A DNA stretch of 53,560 nucleotides from Vicugna vicugna (taxonomy: Eukaryota): the NCBI GenBank assembly GCA_013265495.1, contig MU058636.1:9446510-9500069 (forward strand), written 5' to 3'. The notes beneath the pieces are model-generated. The model was not told the origin of the DNA. It made no database searches and worked only from the letters and a program-made list of their open reading frames with translations. Numbering within the stretch: the first letter of the stretch is position 1; every line of letters starts with the position of its first letter. The translations under genes were made by a program, and so were the position numbers. Shown here in pieces: positions 25,235 to 36,366 of the stretch.

Positions 25235-25629
25235 ACAGACTATTCAGTGAACAAATGAGGGTCCAAATCCTCTCGAGCCACAGATCTGAGCTGACCCTGC
25301 CTAGGCACGCAGACTTCCTACGCACTGATTCTGGGCGTTCTCCTTTCGCTCACATTTCTGAGTGTCTCCCAACATCTGAAACTACAAGGGAAAATTATAA
25401 TCTTATTTTGACATTCTCTTGCAATAAAAATTCCTATGCTTCACTTTTTTTTTGTTTGTTTGTTTGTTTTACTTTGAAGGCGATGTATCTAACCTAGGAA
25501 TCAGGGTCTTTAAAAGAATCAATTTTTTATCAGGTTTGTGATTCCATCCCCGAGGCAAAATTAGACCCTAACTCCTAGGGTTGGGAGTGTCCCGTGACAG
25601 ACAGTATGTCTGTCCTAAATGAGAAGCCA

Positions 25630-25900
25630 GAGCATCACGCACGTAAGCACCGAGACCAGGGAGCCCAGATGGCCTGACAGCCTCAGGACGGCCCTTCCCC
25701 GCAGGCTGCTACTGACTTCGGGCCCCGCCAGCAGCGCCCAGAGCGCGCTCCCACACAGCGCAGTCCCTCCGCCCACTTCTCACCTGAACCAAAGTCACCT
25801 CCGGGCAAGGTTCCTGCAGAGCAGGAGAGGACAAGAGAAGGAAGCAAGAAGATGGAATGGCATCTGCCACGGAGCCAGTGTGCGGGCCACTGCCCTCCAC
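25630..25900. promoter_or_regulatory. Small CpG/GC-rich patch (promoter- or enhancer-like)
   Basis: Dense CpGs (cgggccccgccagcagcgcccagagcgcgc) and a GC box ctccgccc near 25767, against an AT-rich background. Confidence 0.45.
25784..25813 (-). other. Candidate 30-nt exon
   Basis: Minus strand: tcttcttgcttccttctcttgtcctctcctgctctgcag|GAACCTTGCCCGGAGGTGACTTTGGTTCAG|gtgaga. Confidence 0.5.
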
Positions 25901-28354
25901 CATCCATAAAGTCCCCACGACTCTGAAAGGGCTGGAAAGTGAGAACCAGACGGGACAAGAGGAGGGGAGAAAGGAGGGAAGGGAACTCCACTGGGGCTGC
26001 TCTCCTATTCCTCCTCCCTCGGGTCCAAACCCCCCAGCATCTTCCCTTACCATCACTGCAGCTCCTTGTACCACCTTATTCCCAAATCCTAAGCTCCCCC
26101 ACCGTAGCCAAGCCCCAGGCCACAGCAGTCACACACGCAGGCTTGGGGGTGTCTCTCCCACATCTCACGGGGGCAGGAAGGCATGGATCTCAAAGCTACA
26201 GAGTTTCAGTGAGAGCAGACTTGTTGGTTACGTTTAATTTAGAAGCCTTGTCTTTTCACAGAATAATGCTCTCTAAGACGACTAAGTTTGATAAAGCTCT
26301 TATCCAGGGTATATTTTGACTTATATAGGATCTCATGAGCTGGCTGTAGATCTTAAGCATCGTAACATAATATTCTAAGTTCCTGCATAGCTTCTTTGTG
26401 GGAGCTTTGCCTGTAACGCATTGTGCACATTTATTCTTTGTGTAGAAAAATAAGGAAAGTGTAAAATAGAGAAGCGTGCTTGGAAGAGGCAGGAAGAGTG
26501 TTAGCTAAAGAACCTGGCACGTTGGATAAGCTCTGCAATCAGGAAAAATGAGACCGGGTATTATACACTCTCGAAATTCACCACTTGCTCCAATATCTCT
26601 ACTTTTATTTTCTGTGAACAATGTACAACCATATGTTAAAAATGTTGTCATAATGTCTGGTGGACACTCATACTTTAGATATGAGAAAAATCTTATCGAA
26701 AGAAATTTCATGGCCATAATTCTTTTTAACGGCATTTTTGTTCAAACCATCGTCATTCATGGGAGACCTCTAAATCCAGAAAGGTGATGGATTCTAATTC
26801 CCCAGTGTTAATCTGACAAGATCATTTGGAAATCTTTAAACTGCCTGGAACAGAAATAATTTACTGGAAGGCTATCATAAATTCCTTAATGAGTTTATTT
26901 CAAGACAAAAAAGAAGAGTAATGCCCTGTTTTTTAGAGGGGGAAAAGAACTAATAGGATTAGATTTGCAATGGCAGGAGCTTGAGGGGAACTCGGCCAGT
27001 CGGAGCTGGCAAAGCCCTGTGAGCAGATGCATTACGAGTCATCTGATCTGGGAGACACCGATCCTCAAGCCCTCACACCTTCTCAAACGGCCCCAAACAC
27101 GTGGATGCAAAAATGGAACTTTGTTTCTAGCTTGCAGCTTCCACAGAGCCAGGGAGGTGCCGTTTGCCTCACAGTCAGAGGGAGAGGCTTTTCAATGGTA
27201 TTTGATGCCTCTACCTCTCATGGAAACAGACGCCCAGATCAACTGGAAACTGGCCTTCTGGACCAAGTGACCATCGATGCTCCTTAGTATATTTCATGAT
27301 AGTTACTTTTAAATATGGTGGAACTTACTTTCAGAACAGATTATAAGAGGGGGATATAGATAATGAGCCAAGTATCCGAGCAGCAAAGCTTGGATTACTG
27401 ACAACTCCATTAGAAGCCACACTGAAACCGAAATGGGATTATGCCAACCAAGCGATGGTAACTGTATCTGTGATTCAACTCCCAAGTCCACCCAAGACAA
27501 CTGGCTCAAGGGGTCAGTGATCCTGGGGTGAAAGAAACAAAAGGAATTTCAAATTAGGATGGGATAATTTTCCCATCAGATTTACCATCCCTGTTTCCTT
27601 ACTGGGACATCTCACTTACCCACAGATACTTATCTGGCAATTTCACGTATCTGAAACATAACTGAAAATCAGTTAATCAAACGACAAAACTCAAGCAGCA
27701 AAACTCTCAACTGTGTCTTGGAGGAGAGACTCTTACACCAGCAACTTCACAGGTTATCTACTTTCACACTCGAACTAAAAATACGACAAGCGTGGTGACC
27801 TATTTTCTAAGTCCAAAGGATATTAGAAGCCATTAAGTATGTGGGGTTAGGACCTGCTATAGGTTTTATGAGAACAGAGAGACATAGCGGTCAGAATAGT
27901 AGAGAAAAACACAAAAACCTACTGAAACTGACAAAAGCTTAAAAAACATTCTGAGGAGACAGAAGGAAGACCTAACACAACTCAGAAGGTCCTGGGGCAC
28001 CTGGTATCATGTGCTGGCAGAAGAATTAAGGGTCATTCTGATGTATGATCCATTCAGAAAAGTTCATGCTTTGGTTAGTCCTCTCAACAAGTCATAAAAG
28101 TACGAATTCATTTAGAAAGGCATCCATTTAAAAGGTTTGAAACAGCAACTGTATGTACGTGTGTGGATGTGCACGTGTGGGTGGGGCTGTGGGTGCGTGT
28201 ATGTCCATCTGTTTACTGAAAGAGACGCTTAGATGCTGAGAACTTCAAGCTGAGATTGCCTGAATTCCATTTTCCATTAGTTACATACTTCTTAAATTTA
28301 GCACAGTGTCAGTGTCTGGAATACAGAAATAATAATAAAAAGAAAACACATTTT

Positions 28355-28580
28355 ATTTATTGGTTATGGATTGAGCCCCATGCACCGTGTTAGGCTTTTT
28401 TCATACATTATTTCTAATTCTCAAAATAGCAGAGAATGGTAGATCTTGCCGTGTCCTTCTTACCAACGAGAAAGCTAGGGTCAGGAAAGGCAGACAACTT
28501 GGCCTAAGTCTAGAATGACAGGGCCAGAGTCTGGAAGGAAACACAGGACTGACTTATTCTACAGTCCATGTTCTTTTCAC
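28355..28580 (-). mobile_element. MIR SINE
   Basis: catgcaccgtgttaggc..catacattatttctaattctcaaaa..cttaccaacgagaaagctagggtcagga..caacttggcctaag..gtccatgttcttttcac. Confidence 0.7.
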
Positions 28581-29411
28581 GGTCCTAATCTTTGCCCTAG
28601 AAGCACTAAGTGGATGGTTTCTTGATTTACACCACTAAGAACAGGGTTCTGGTACATCTGATCTAAGTGAATACCACTTTTGTAAGTGAAAATTAGTCAA
28701 ACAGTGGCAATTTCATACGGTCATAGCTAACAGTATACATTTCAAAGCACTATGAATTATTCTGCGATCTGTTTATCTTCTCCATGTTACAGTTTACTTA
28801 GGCCAATTATAAAATTAGATTATCCAGTAACGGGATGGTGAAGACCCTGGAATGAAAAATATGGCTTAATGGTCTAGTGGAAATTATGGTGATGAAAGAA
28901 AAAAGTTGCTATTTGAAAGAACATATATTAGAACTCTCAATTACCACAATTTCATCATGAGCAGTTTAATTTAATACTGGATAGTATTTCATTTCTACTA
29001 CTCAGAAGATAGCTGGTTGCTGGCTTATGGTCATCCCGGAAATCTGCACCAAAGCAGTGGAAATTGTCAGGTTTTTTTTCCAGTCCTGAGTTCCATTTTG
29101 TTTACTTATTCAGCAAGGGGAAGGAGTAGTTGCAGAGCCAGTGGAAGAAATTATTACATTTGCTTGTATCTCTGGTTTAAAAAAAAGTTTGTTTTATTAT
29201 ATAGCAAACTAAGACACTCTGTGATGAATAATGGAAAAAAGAAAAACATCAAGTGACATTATGTTTCTATTATGAATAAATATCTTTCCAAGCTGCACGT
29301 ATGCTTCTTGATTTACGCAGATCAAGATTTATAATAATTGAACATCTTTTCTGAGAAACAACCAACATTCAAACTATTACATAAACTAGCCAGAGAGAGA
29401 AAAGTACTCAC

Positions 29412-29512
29412 CAGAAGCCACTAAACCAAGCGTTTGTACTATTCATAGACTATTAAGTGAGATTGTTTTGTACTGAAGTGTATGTTATTCGGAAGATTAA
29501 AGTAATATGTTT
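29412..29512 (-). other. Candidate 101-nt internal exon (5'UTR-like, contains an upstream ATG)
   Basis: Minus strand: acceptor gctttctgtcctttag|AAACAT; donor CTTCTG|gtgagtac; repeat-free flanks. Confidence 0.6.
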
Positions 29513-32500
29513 CTAAAGGACAGAAAGCTGTTTACATCCAAGCATGTTATTAAAACGGTGGCTCAATTCTTTACATGTTGTATCAGCGTGTCTCTACTGC
29601 TAATGTTCTCTTTCTAATAAGTCTCATAAAATAAGGTTAAGCTGAATAGGTTTTATTTGCCTGTTTGTTTCTAGCTTTGTCAGGTTCCACCCTTCACAGA
29701 CATTTCTAAAGATTCAAGTATATTCAAACATTCCTATTAAACTTGGGGAGAAAAAAATCTTATCTAAGCAGAGCAATAAAACTACAGAAAGCGGAAACAC
29801 AAGATATAGGAAGTGTGTGTATGTGTGTGTGTGAGCGTGTGTATTTTTCTCTCTTGAGAACAGATGGGCTTAAGAAATATCTTTGGATCAGGGCCATGAA
29901 CTGAATGAACATGGACTTCATGCAGCCCCAAGTGGACCCCTGCATATTAAAGGAGCAAAAGCTTTCTATAGAAAAGGAGTCAGGTACAGCTACACCAAGT
30001 TAAAAAGAAATGCAAGACAGAGAGTGTAAAAGAGGTCACTAGAATTACACCAGCTGGTGCCACTCCCCACCAGGCTGCAGAGGGAAGTGAGGTAATCCAC
30101 AGGGTACCTGAGGTTTAATCCAGACAAAGCTTCAAAGAAAAAAACAAAATCAACACTGCCAGTTGCACTAAAAAACAACCTTCAGCCACCCAGATCATGG
30201 AGTGCTAATCGAACTGAATGGTTTAAATGTTTGCCCTTCAAAGACAGACTCCTGCACTAAGCCAGCCAGCCCAGGTTTTGCTACGTATCATCAAATTCAG
30301 CAATGCAGCCTTCACTTTAGAGAAGAGCAAGGCGTCAGACCTTTCGATGAATGCAAACAGAAAATTGCAGTTGCCAATATTAGAATAATATCTTAAAATC
30401 TGAAGTCGAGTGGTGAGGAGATGGTCCTCCAATTCTTCACATGGCCCGGTGCTGTCTCTCAAATCCAGGGGAGCAGGGGCCCCAGGAGGACGCTGCACAG
30501 AGCTCTGAGATGCCCATTGGGATGTACCAGACGTGGCCGGCTCGCACACACACATTCTTCTCTGCCGCCTCTTTAAGTCTCCCCTTCAAATACCCGTGTT
30601 AAGATGCTGATGACGGTAATTCCCGCTAAAGGAAGAGCAGCAGGAATAATGGCCAGTGACACAGTCAGGATAAGATAGAAACAGAGCTTTCCACTGATTT
30701 TACTAAACGGAATGGCCCTTCAATTGTAATACAGGACACCCTTGTCCTTTTCCCTCACGGTGCCCAGCCCTCGCCTCACTGGCCCTCTTCTGTTGTTTGG
30801 ATCCACCCTCTGGCTTTGTCCATCTGTCCCAGTTTCCTCGCCCCAGAGAGGCTAACCTCATTGCTACTCTGCAGAAAGGCAGGCAGTCCACGGGCCAAAG
30901 GCCGCCCGGGGGAAGCGGAGTGGACGGCAACAAAGAAGTCTCCCTTGAATCTGGAACTTTTGAAAGCGTTTTACGGACATGTAGGAAAAAGAGAAGCCTG
31001 CTGACTTCACTCACCTCCACATGCTGGGCAGAGGAACACATAAGGCCATTCCTTTTTTTTTTCTTTTTTAACTTTACCCTGGGAGTCGGGTCATTCTTCC
31101 ACCTAACAGGATGCATTTTCGCTGGCTTCACTTAAACTACATTTAAGTGCTAACATTGGACTCACGGCTTAAGACAAGGCTGATTTCTTCAAATAAAATG
31201 TCTACGCAACATATCATTGCATGTTCACGGGTGCAGGAAAAAGGCAGCATCATGCTAATTAAGAAAGATTGATTGAGCTACACCAATTTCAGGCTTGTGT
31301 AGCGTTTTTACCGTAAGCCTAGAAGTCTACCATGATGTGCATTTAAATTCAGGCAGTGCCTTTCATTTAAAAATATAGAACCCTTACTCTTGAAAGGCAA
31401 ATAAAAACGTTTATGTATTATGTTTTTATAGTGCTGAAATTTTTTAAAGCTTACGTTAATGACTTTATTTAATTTTCATTAAACTATGTGGCACTGGCAC
31501 AGCAAGGCAAGTACAGCCCATGTACAAAAAAGAGAAGTGGAAATCAAGGCACACACAGTTGGTGATGGGAGTGTCTCCACTTCTGCCCCATCACTAGGTA
31601 CCCGATCTGAAGGGAGTCCCTTCACTGGGGAGGTCATGCATTCACTCATTCTTTCCATCAGGACCACGGGTATGGGCTGTACAAGACAGATGGACTACTG
31701 CCAAGTCTGCACCGGAACTGGAGAACGAACACAGCAAGCAAGTCATGAGTGTGATGTATTTAAAGAAAGTGAGACTCTAACCTTCTCTTCAGTACACTAG
31801 ACTGTCAACCACCAGAGAGACTTGGGAAAAGGACGAAGTCAAGACCAAGCCCAGAGGTTCTGAGTGTCTACATGTGCATGTCTCGGTGTACTCCAATTGA
31901 GTTCTTTTATTACGTCTCCCAGGCACATGCAATTGATTTTGGAATTACCCACCACTTTGAGTGGTAACCCAGCTTCCCTCTGTCCCTGAGGATAATTAAG
32001 AACTGATGTAAACTGAGAATTTTAGCAACATTAGATCTCAATCAGTATAGCCTTCTACTCTGTCTCTGTTCCAAGTTATTATACCTCTGCAGGACAGGTT
32101 AAGAGCCCAGAAAAATGAAGCCAAGGTAACTGAAGCCTGTAGTTTTACTTTAAAACGTAATCCAAAACCATCTGGTCCTCTGGGTTGGTAGCAGTCTTAC
32201 TTCTTCTCTCTATAACATGTTCTTAAAAAGTTGCAATTCAGAGGTGCCTGGGTAAGAGTTGGACTTACTTTGATAAGACTGAAGTTCTTTCTGTAATTCT
32301 ATTTGAGCACCTCATTAACACTGATGCTTTAAAGAGCTGCTTTTTGCAGATAGAATGAATTTATTACTATCCATATTCATCCTTTGGCTTCCTAGTGATA
32401 GTGTTTGAAGAGCGGAGATACCATGTTTTCATCTAAAAGGTCACAATGCATATAATTGCATATCATTTTAACTCATTTGTAAAAATAAATGTTATCATTG

Positions 32501-33427
32501 TATCACTACGGCGTGTCCTTCACTTTTTTCTTCTTATCATTGTCACTTTGGAGATTCTGTTAGTGAAAGTCAAGCAGGCTTCAGCTTTTTTAGTATCTAA
32601 ACCATTTAATAAAATTCCCTGAGCAGCCAGTGGACACCCAATTCTCTACCCGTAGCTGCTGCAGCCTGGATAAGTCATGGAAGAATGCAGGAACTGGGGG
32701 AGCTGAAATCTCCACAGCACGCTTTGAAATAACTGAATAAAAAGGCATCCCCTGCTCTCACCAAGGAAGGAAAAGTGTGCCTTTGTTGGTACATACCATC
32801 AATGTTTTCTCTGTGGAATTAATTAAATCACTTGGATGACATACCCCATTTTCCACGTTATTAAAACTAATAACCATTATTCTAAATTTCCAGGAGTTTC
32901 ATTAGTTCCAGACAGAGCAGACAGGCTAGTCACAGCAGCAATGGCTCCTGCTTAGAAGCCTAAGGAAGAGAAATGGTTCATGAGAACAATAACCTGATTT
33001 TATTTCACTGGGGAACAAGGCTTTCAAGTCTCTTGTTCCTACTCACGGTGGATGTAATGTATTTATCAAATGTTACAAAGCATTGACTTCATCTGCTCTA
33101 GTCATCAGTGGCAAACAAGATTACCATGTGAGAGGAGAGAGGAAAAGAAGTGGGGTATTTTTTTCTAACCACTTAAAAGCACACAACCGATGTTGCTGCT
33201 TAAATGAACAAAACACATGAAAAACAAAATAATCATAGACATTTGATTACCTTTATAAGGAGCCATGTCATGTGTGTACACATTCATGCTTCTAAAAAAA
33301 CAATGACAGGGTAAAAATCACCACCTCCTACACACTCTACAAAAAACACAAATATATTCAAGGTCATCAATTGTTGATTCTCAGTGCTTTGACTGTCGGA
33401 GGCTGAGCACGGCAAAAGCTGTCATGC

Positions 33428-33438
33428 GTGACTCAGCA
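33428..33438 (+). promoter_or_regulatory. Antioxidant response element (NRF2/small MAF) with AP-1 core
   Basis: GTGACTCAGCA is an exact match to RTGACTCAGCA. Confidence 0.4.
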
Positions 33439-33944
33439 TGGCTAACAAGGAAATCAGAACAGTCCATCAGCCGGCAAGAGGCAGGTACAAGTTTCCTGTG
33501 GGCAAAAGCCATTGCTCACATATTTGGACTCACGTCCAGATAAGTGTCAGTTTCTTTTAAAGTTTTTATTAACCAGCCTGAGCCAAATCTTCCCGTGGGT
33601 CATGTTCAGAGTGGCAGAAAACTGAGCCCCTTTGGAGATGAATTTACCCTTCCCAACTTTGGATGGCTGTTTTGAAAATGACCACTGGAGGATTTGACTT
33701 TACTCCCAAACCTACAAAAAGGTGATCTTGGAGAGCAAAAATATAAATTTCACTTTTGATAGATTGGGACAATCAGAGGATCAGTGTGTTTCCCTATGAC
33801 ACTGCCTGACCAAGGCATCTAGGGCAAGTCCAGAGGTGTAAAGAGTTTGGGGAGGGACATGAATAGCTTCCCCCAGTGTGTCACCCTCTCTGGGTTGACC
33901 TCTTCATTTTAAAAACAAATATGATAATGCCAACCCTATCCATC

Positions 33945-34009
33945 TCCTTCAGAAACAGAAGCGCGAACACATCCCACCTTACTTTATGAGTCTAGTAACA
34001 CCCTGATGC

Positions 34010-34056
<47 letters not shown>

Positions 34057-35220
34057 CAAAAAAAAAACAGATATCACAAGAAAAGGGAACCAAAGACCAA
34101 CAGATTCAAAGACCAATAGAAAAATTCCTAACAAAATATTTAAAAATTAATCCAAAAATGTGTACTTAGGACAGTATACCATGACCAAATGGGGTTTATC
34201 CCAGGAATGCAAAGCAGTTCATGTAATTCACCAAGGTAATTCAATGGGGCAAAAGAGATTTTTCAACAGACGGAGCTGTATCAACTGGATATCTGTATGG
34301 GAAATAAACAAAAGGACTTTCACTCTTAACCTCATATTATATTAAAAAATTAAGTCAAAATGATACATGGACCTACATATAAGAGCTAAAAGTTTAGACG
34401 AAAACATACAAGAAAATGTTTGTAACATTGGGTTAGGTCAAGATTTAAACACAGATTTCTTAAGCACAAATTATTAAAGAAAAAAAATTGCTAAAATGGA
34501 CTTCAGCAAGGCTAAAACTTTACTATTTGTAAGATACAGGTAAAAAATACTAGCAAAATACTAGCAACAGACAGGGAGAACATTTTTGCAAACATATGTA
34601 CAAGAAAGGACTTCAATGCAGAGTATATAAAGAATTCCTACCATTCAAGAAGACAAACAATCCAATCAAAATTGAGCAAAATATCTGAGCAGACACGTCA
34701 CATGTATATGTATATATGTGGGCAATAGTATATGAAAATACTTTCAACATCACTAGTCATTAGGGAAATGTAACTTAAAACCACAATGAGCTACGACTAC
34801 CCGCCTACTAGACTGGCTGTAATTAAAAAGACTGACAATATCAAGTGCTGGAAAGAATGTGGAGCAAGTGGAATCTGCATACATTGCTGTTGAGAATGAA
34901 AAATGGTACTGACACTTTGGAAAACAATGTGGCAATATCTTATGACATTAAAGATACACTTGCTATATGACCCAGCAATTCCGTTCCTAGGAAGTCATCC
35001 AAGAGAAACACGAACTTCAGTCTGCACAAAGGCAAAACCACAGTGACAAAACACAAATCCGTGGTAGGGGGGAAAGCCTACTGTAGAGGGCATAAAGGAA
35101 CTTTTTCAGGACGAGGGACTGGTCCTGCATTTCGATCATGGGAGGGGCAAACAACTGCCTGCATTACCAAAATGCATCAAGCCAGAGCCTCAACAGGGGT
35201 GAATTTTATTGTACAAAATA
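33945..35220 (+). mobile_element. Old, fragmented L1M (ORF2 pieces plus 3' end)
   Basis: ccatgaccaaatggggtttatcccaggaatgcaaag resembles HHDQVGFIPGMQG; also catcactagtcattagggaaatg..aaaccacaatgag and tatgacccagcaattcc..ctagga. Confidence 0.9.
34011..34067 (+). repeat. Poly(A) tract, A34 plus an interrupted A-run
   Basis: Read directly. Confidence 0.95.
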
Positions 35221-35607
35221 CATTAAGGTATAAAATTTTAAATGATATAAAATATGTCTCTTTATCCATTGTGTTTTGGTAAAGAAAATGACACAGTCCC
35301 TGGGAAAAAAAACTACCAGAGAATAACACAGTGAAGTTAAGATTCTGAGAAGAGAGTGGTCAGGAATCCAGATCCTAAAATGTCAAGTCCAGCCCCAGCA
35401 AACCACCTTCCAGCACTGTGAATGTTATCCAGCAGCGTTTTATTTTGTAGACAAATGTTCATCAAGGGAAGAAAAACCGTAATTACAGCTGTTTCTGGCA
35501 ACATGAAGTTACATAATGGAGAGAAAGCTTGGTCCTACAACAGATTTCCAACGACAGTCTGCCCTTAGGAAACCTTGGCGGGTTGAGGAGGGAAGAGTCT
35601 AGAGGCC

Positions 35608-35656
35608 GGGAGGGGGAAGGCTGAGGGAGGGGGCGGGTGGGGTGGAGGGGAGAGGG
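35608..35656 (+). other. Strong G-quadruplex-forming motif with eight G3+ tracts, including an Sp/KLF GC box
   Basis: gggagggggaaggctgagggagggggcgggtggggtggaggggagaggg. Confidence 0.7.
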
Positions 35657-36339
35657 CAGTGCCAAGCGGGAGAAAGAATGGCTGGGGAATAAACCAGTAA
35701 GAAGCATCAGGAGAAAGAGGTTAAGCACAAAGCAGTGGAATGATGTCAAAGGAAAGGCGCCAAGGAAAATCAGACCTCTGAGAATAAAGCTTAAGGGCAA
35801 TGAAAGCAACAGAGTGGGCAACCAAATAGAAACGAGTAAAGAGGGAAGGAAAAGATGGAGACTACCCACAAGGAAAGAAAGAAACATAGGCGGGTTAAAC
35901 AGTCCAGTTGTGGATGGATTTGTGAGATAGGAGCCCACCAATGTATTATTTTGTTATAAAATTAAAATATGTTAAGGAAATACCAGAGAAATAACTTGAA
36001 GAATTTCTTTCCAGATGTTCTCTCTATTTTTTCTTTCTTTTTCTTTTTTTTTTTTTGCCTTTTATGAAATGTAACCTTCCCAGGGCCTCTCAAAATCTTA
36101 TTTGGCTGTCTTAAACTTAAATAACTCAATTTAAGGCGCAGTTTCTCTTCCAAGGACATTTTACTTTACAGATTATTTTTTAAAAATAACTCTTTGCAAA
36201 GATTTCAAAATGCTTATGAAATGATTCCCCACCCCGAAGCAGACAGACAGGAGGGAGGTATATTGTAAAGACGAACCTGTATTCTGGTTCCAGGATTATC
36301 AGCAATTGTGTCAGGGGGACAAGTTCCTTAATTTTTCTC

Positions 36340-36366
36340 TGTGTGTGTGTGTGTGTGTGTGTGTGT
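36340..36366 (+). repeat. (TG)13 microsatellite at the end of a MIR fragment
   Basis: Read directly; preceded by ggacaagttccttaatttttctctg (MIR-like). Confidence 0.95.

Noticed and set aside
25619..26319. Cluster of 96-126 aa ORFs on both strands
   Set aside because: Expected in a locally GC-rich, stop-poor patch; no recognisable protein.
28620..28712. Possible Mariner-type MITE end (ggcaatttcatacggtcatagctaa)
   Set aside because: Only one degenerate terminal repeat is visible; I cannot support a family call.
30066..30080. 15-mer cccaccaggctgcag repeated at 41691, loosely CTCF-like
   Set aside because: About one exact 15-mer match is expected by chance in a window of this size, and it mismatches the CTCF core.
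35483..35941. 152-aa hydrophobic ORF resembling a membrane protein
   Set aside because: It is the translation of a pyrimidine-rich low-complexity strand (L/F/P/S bias), with no splice or homology support.
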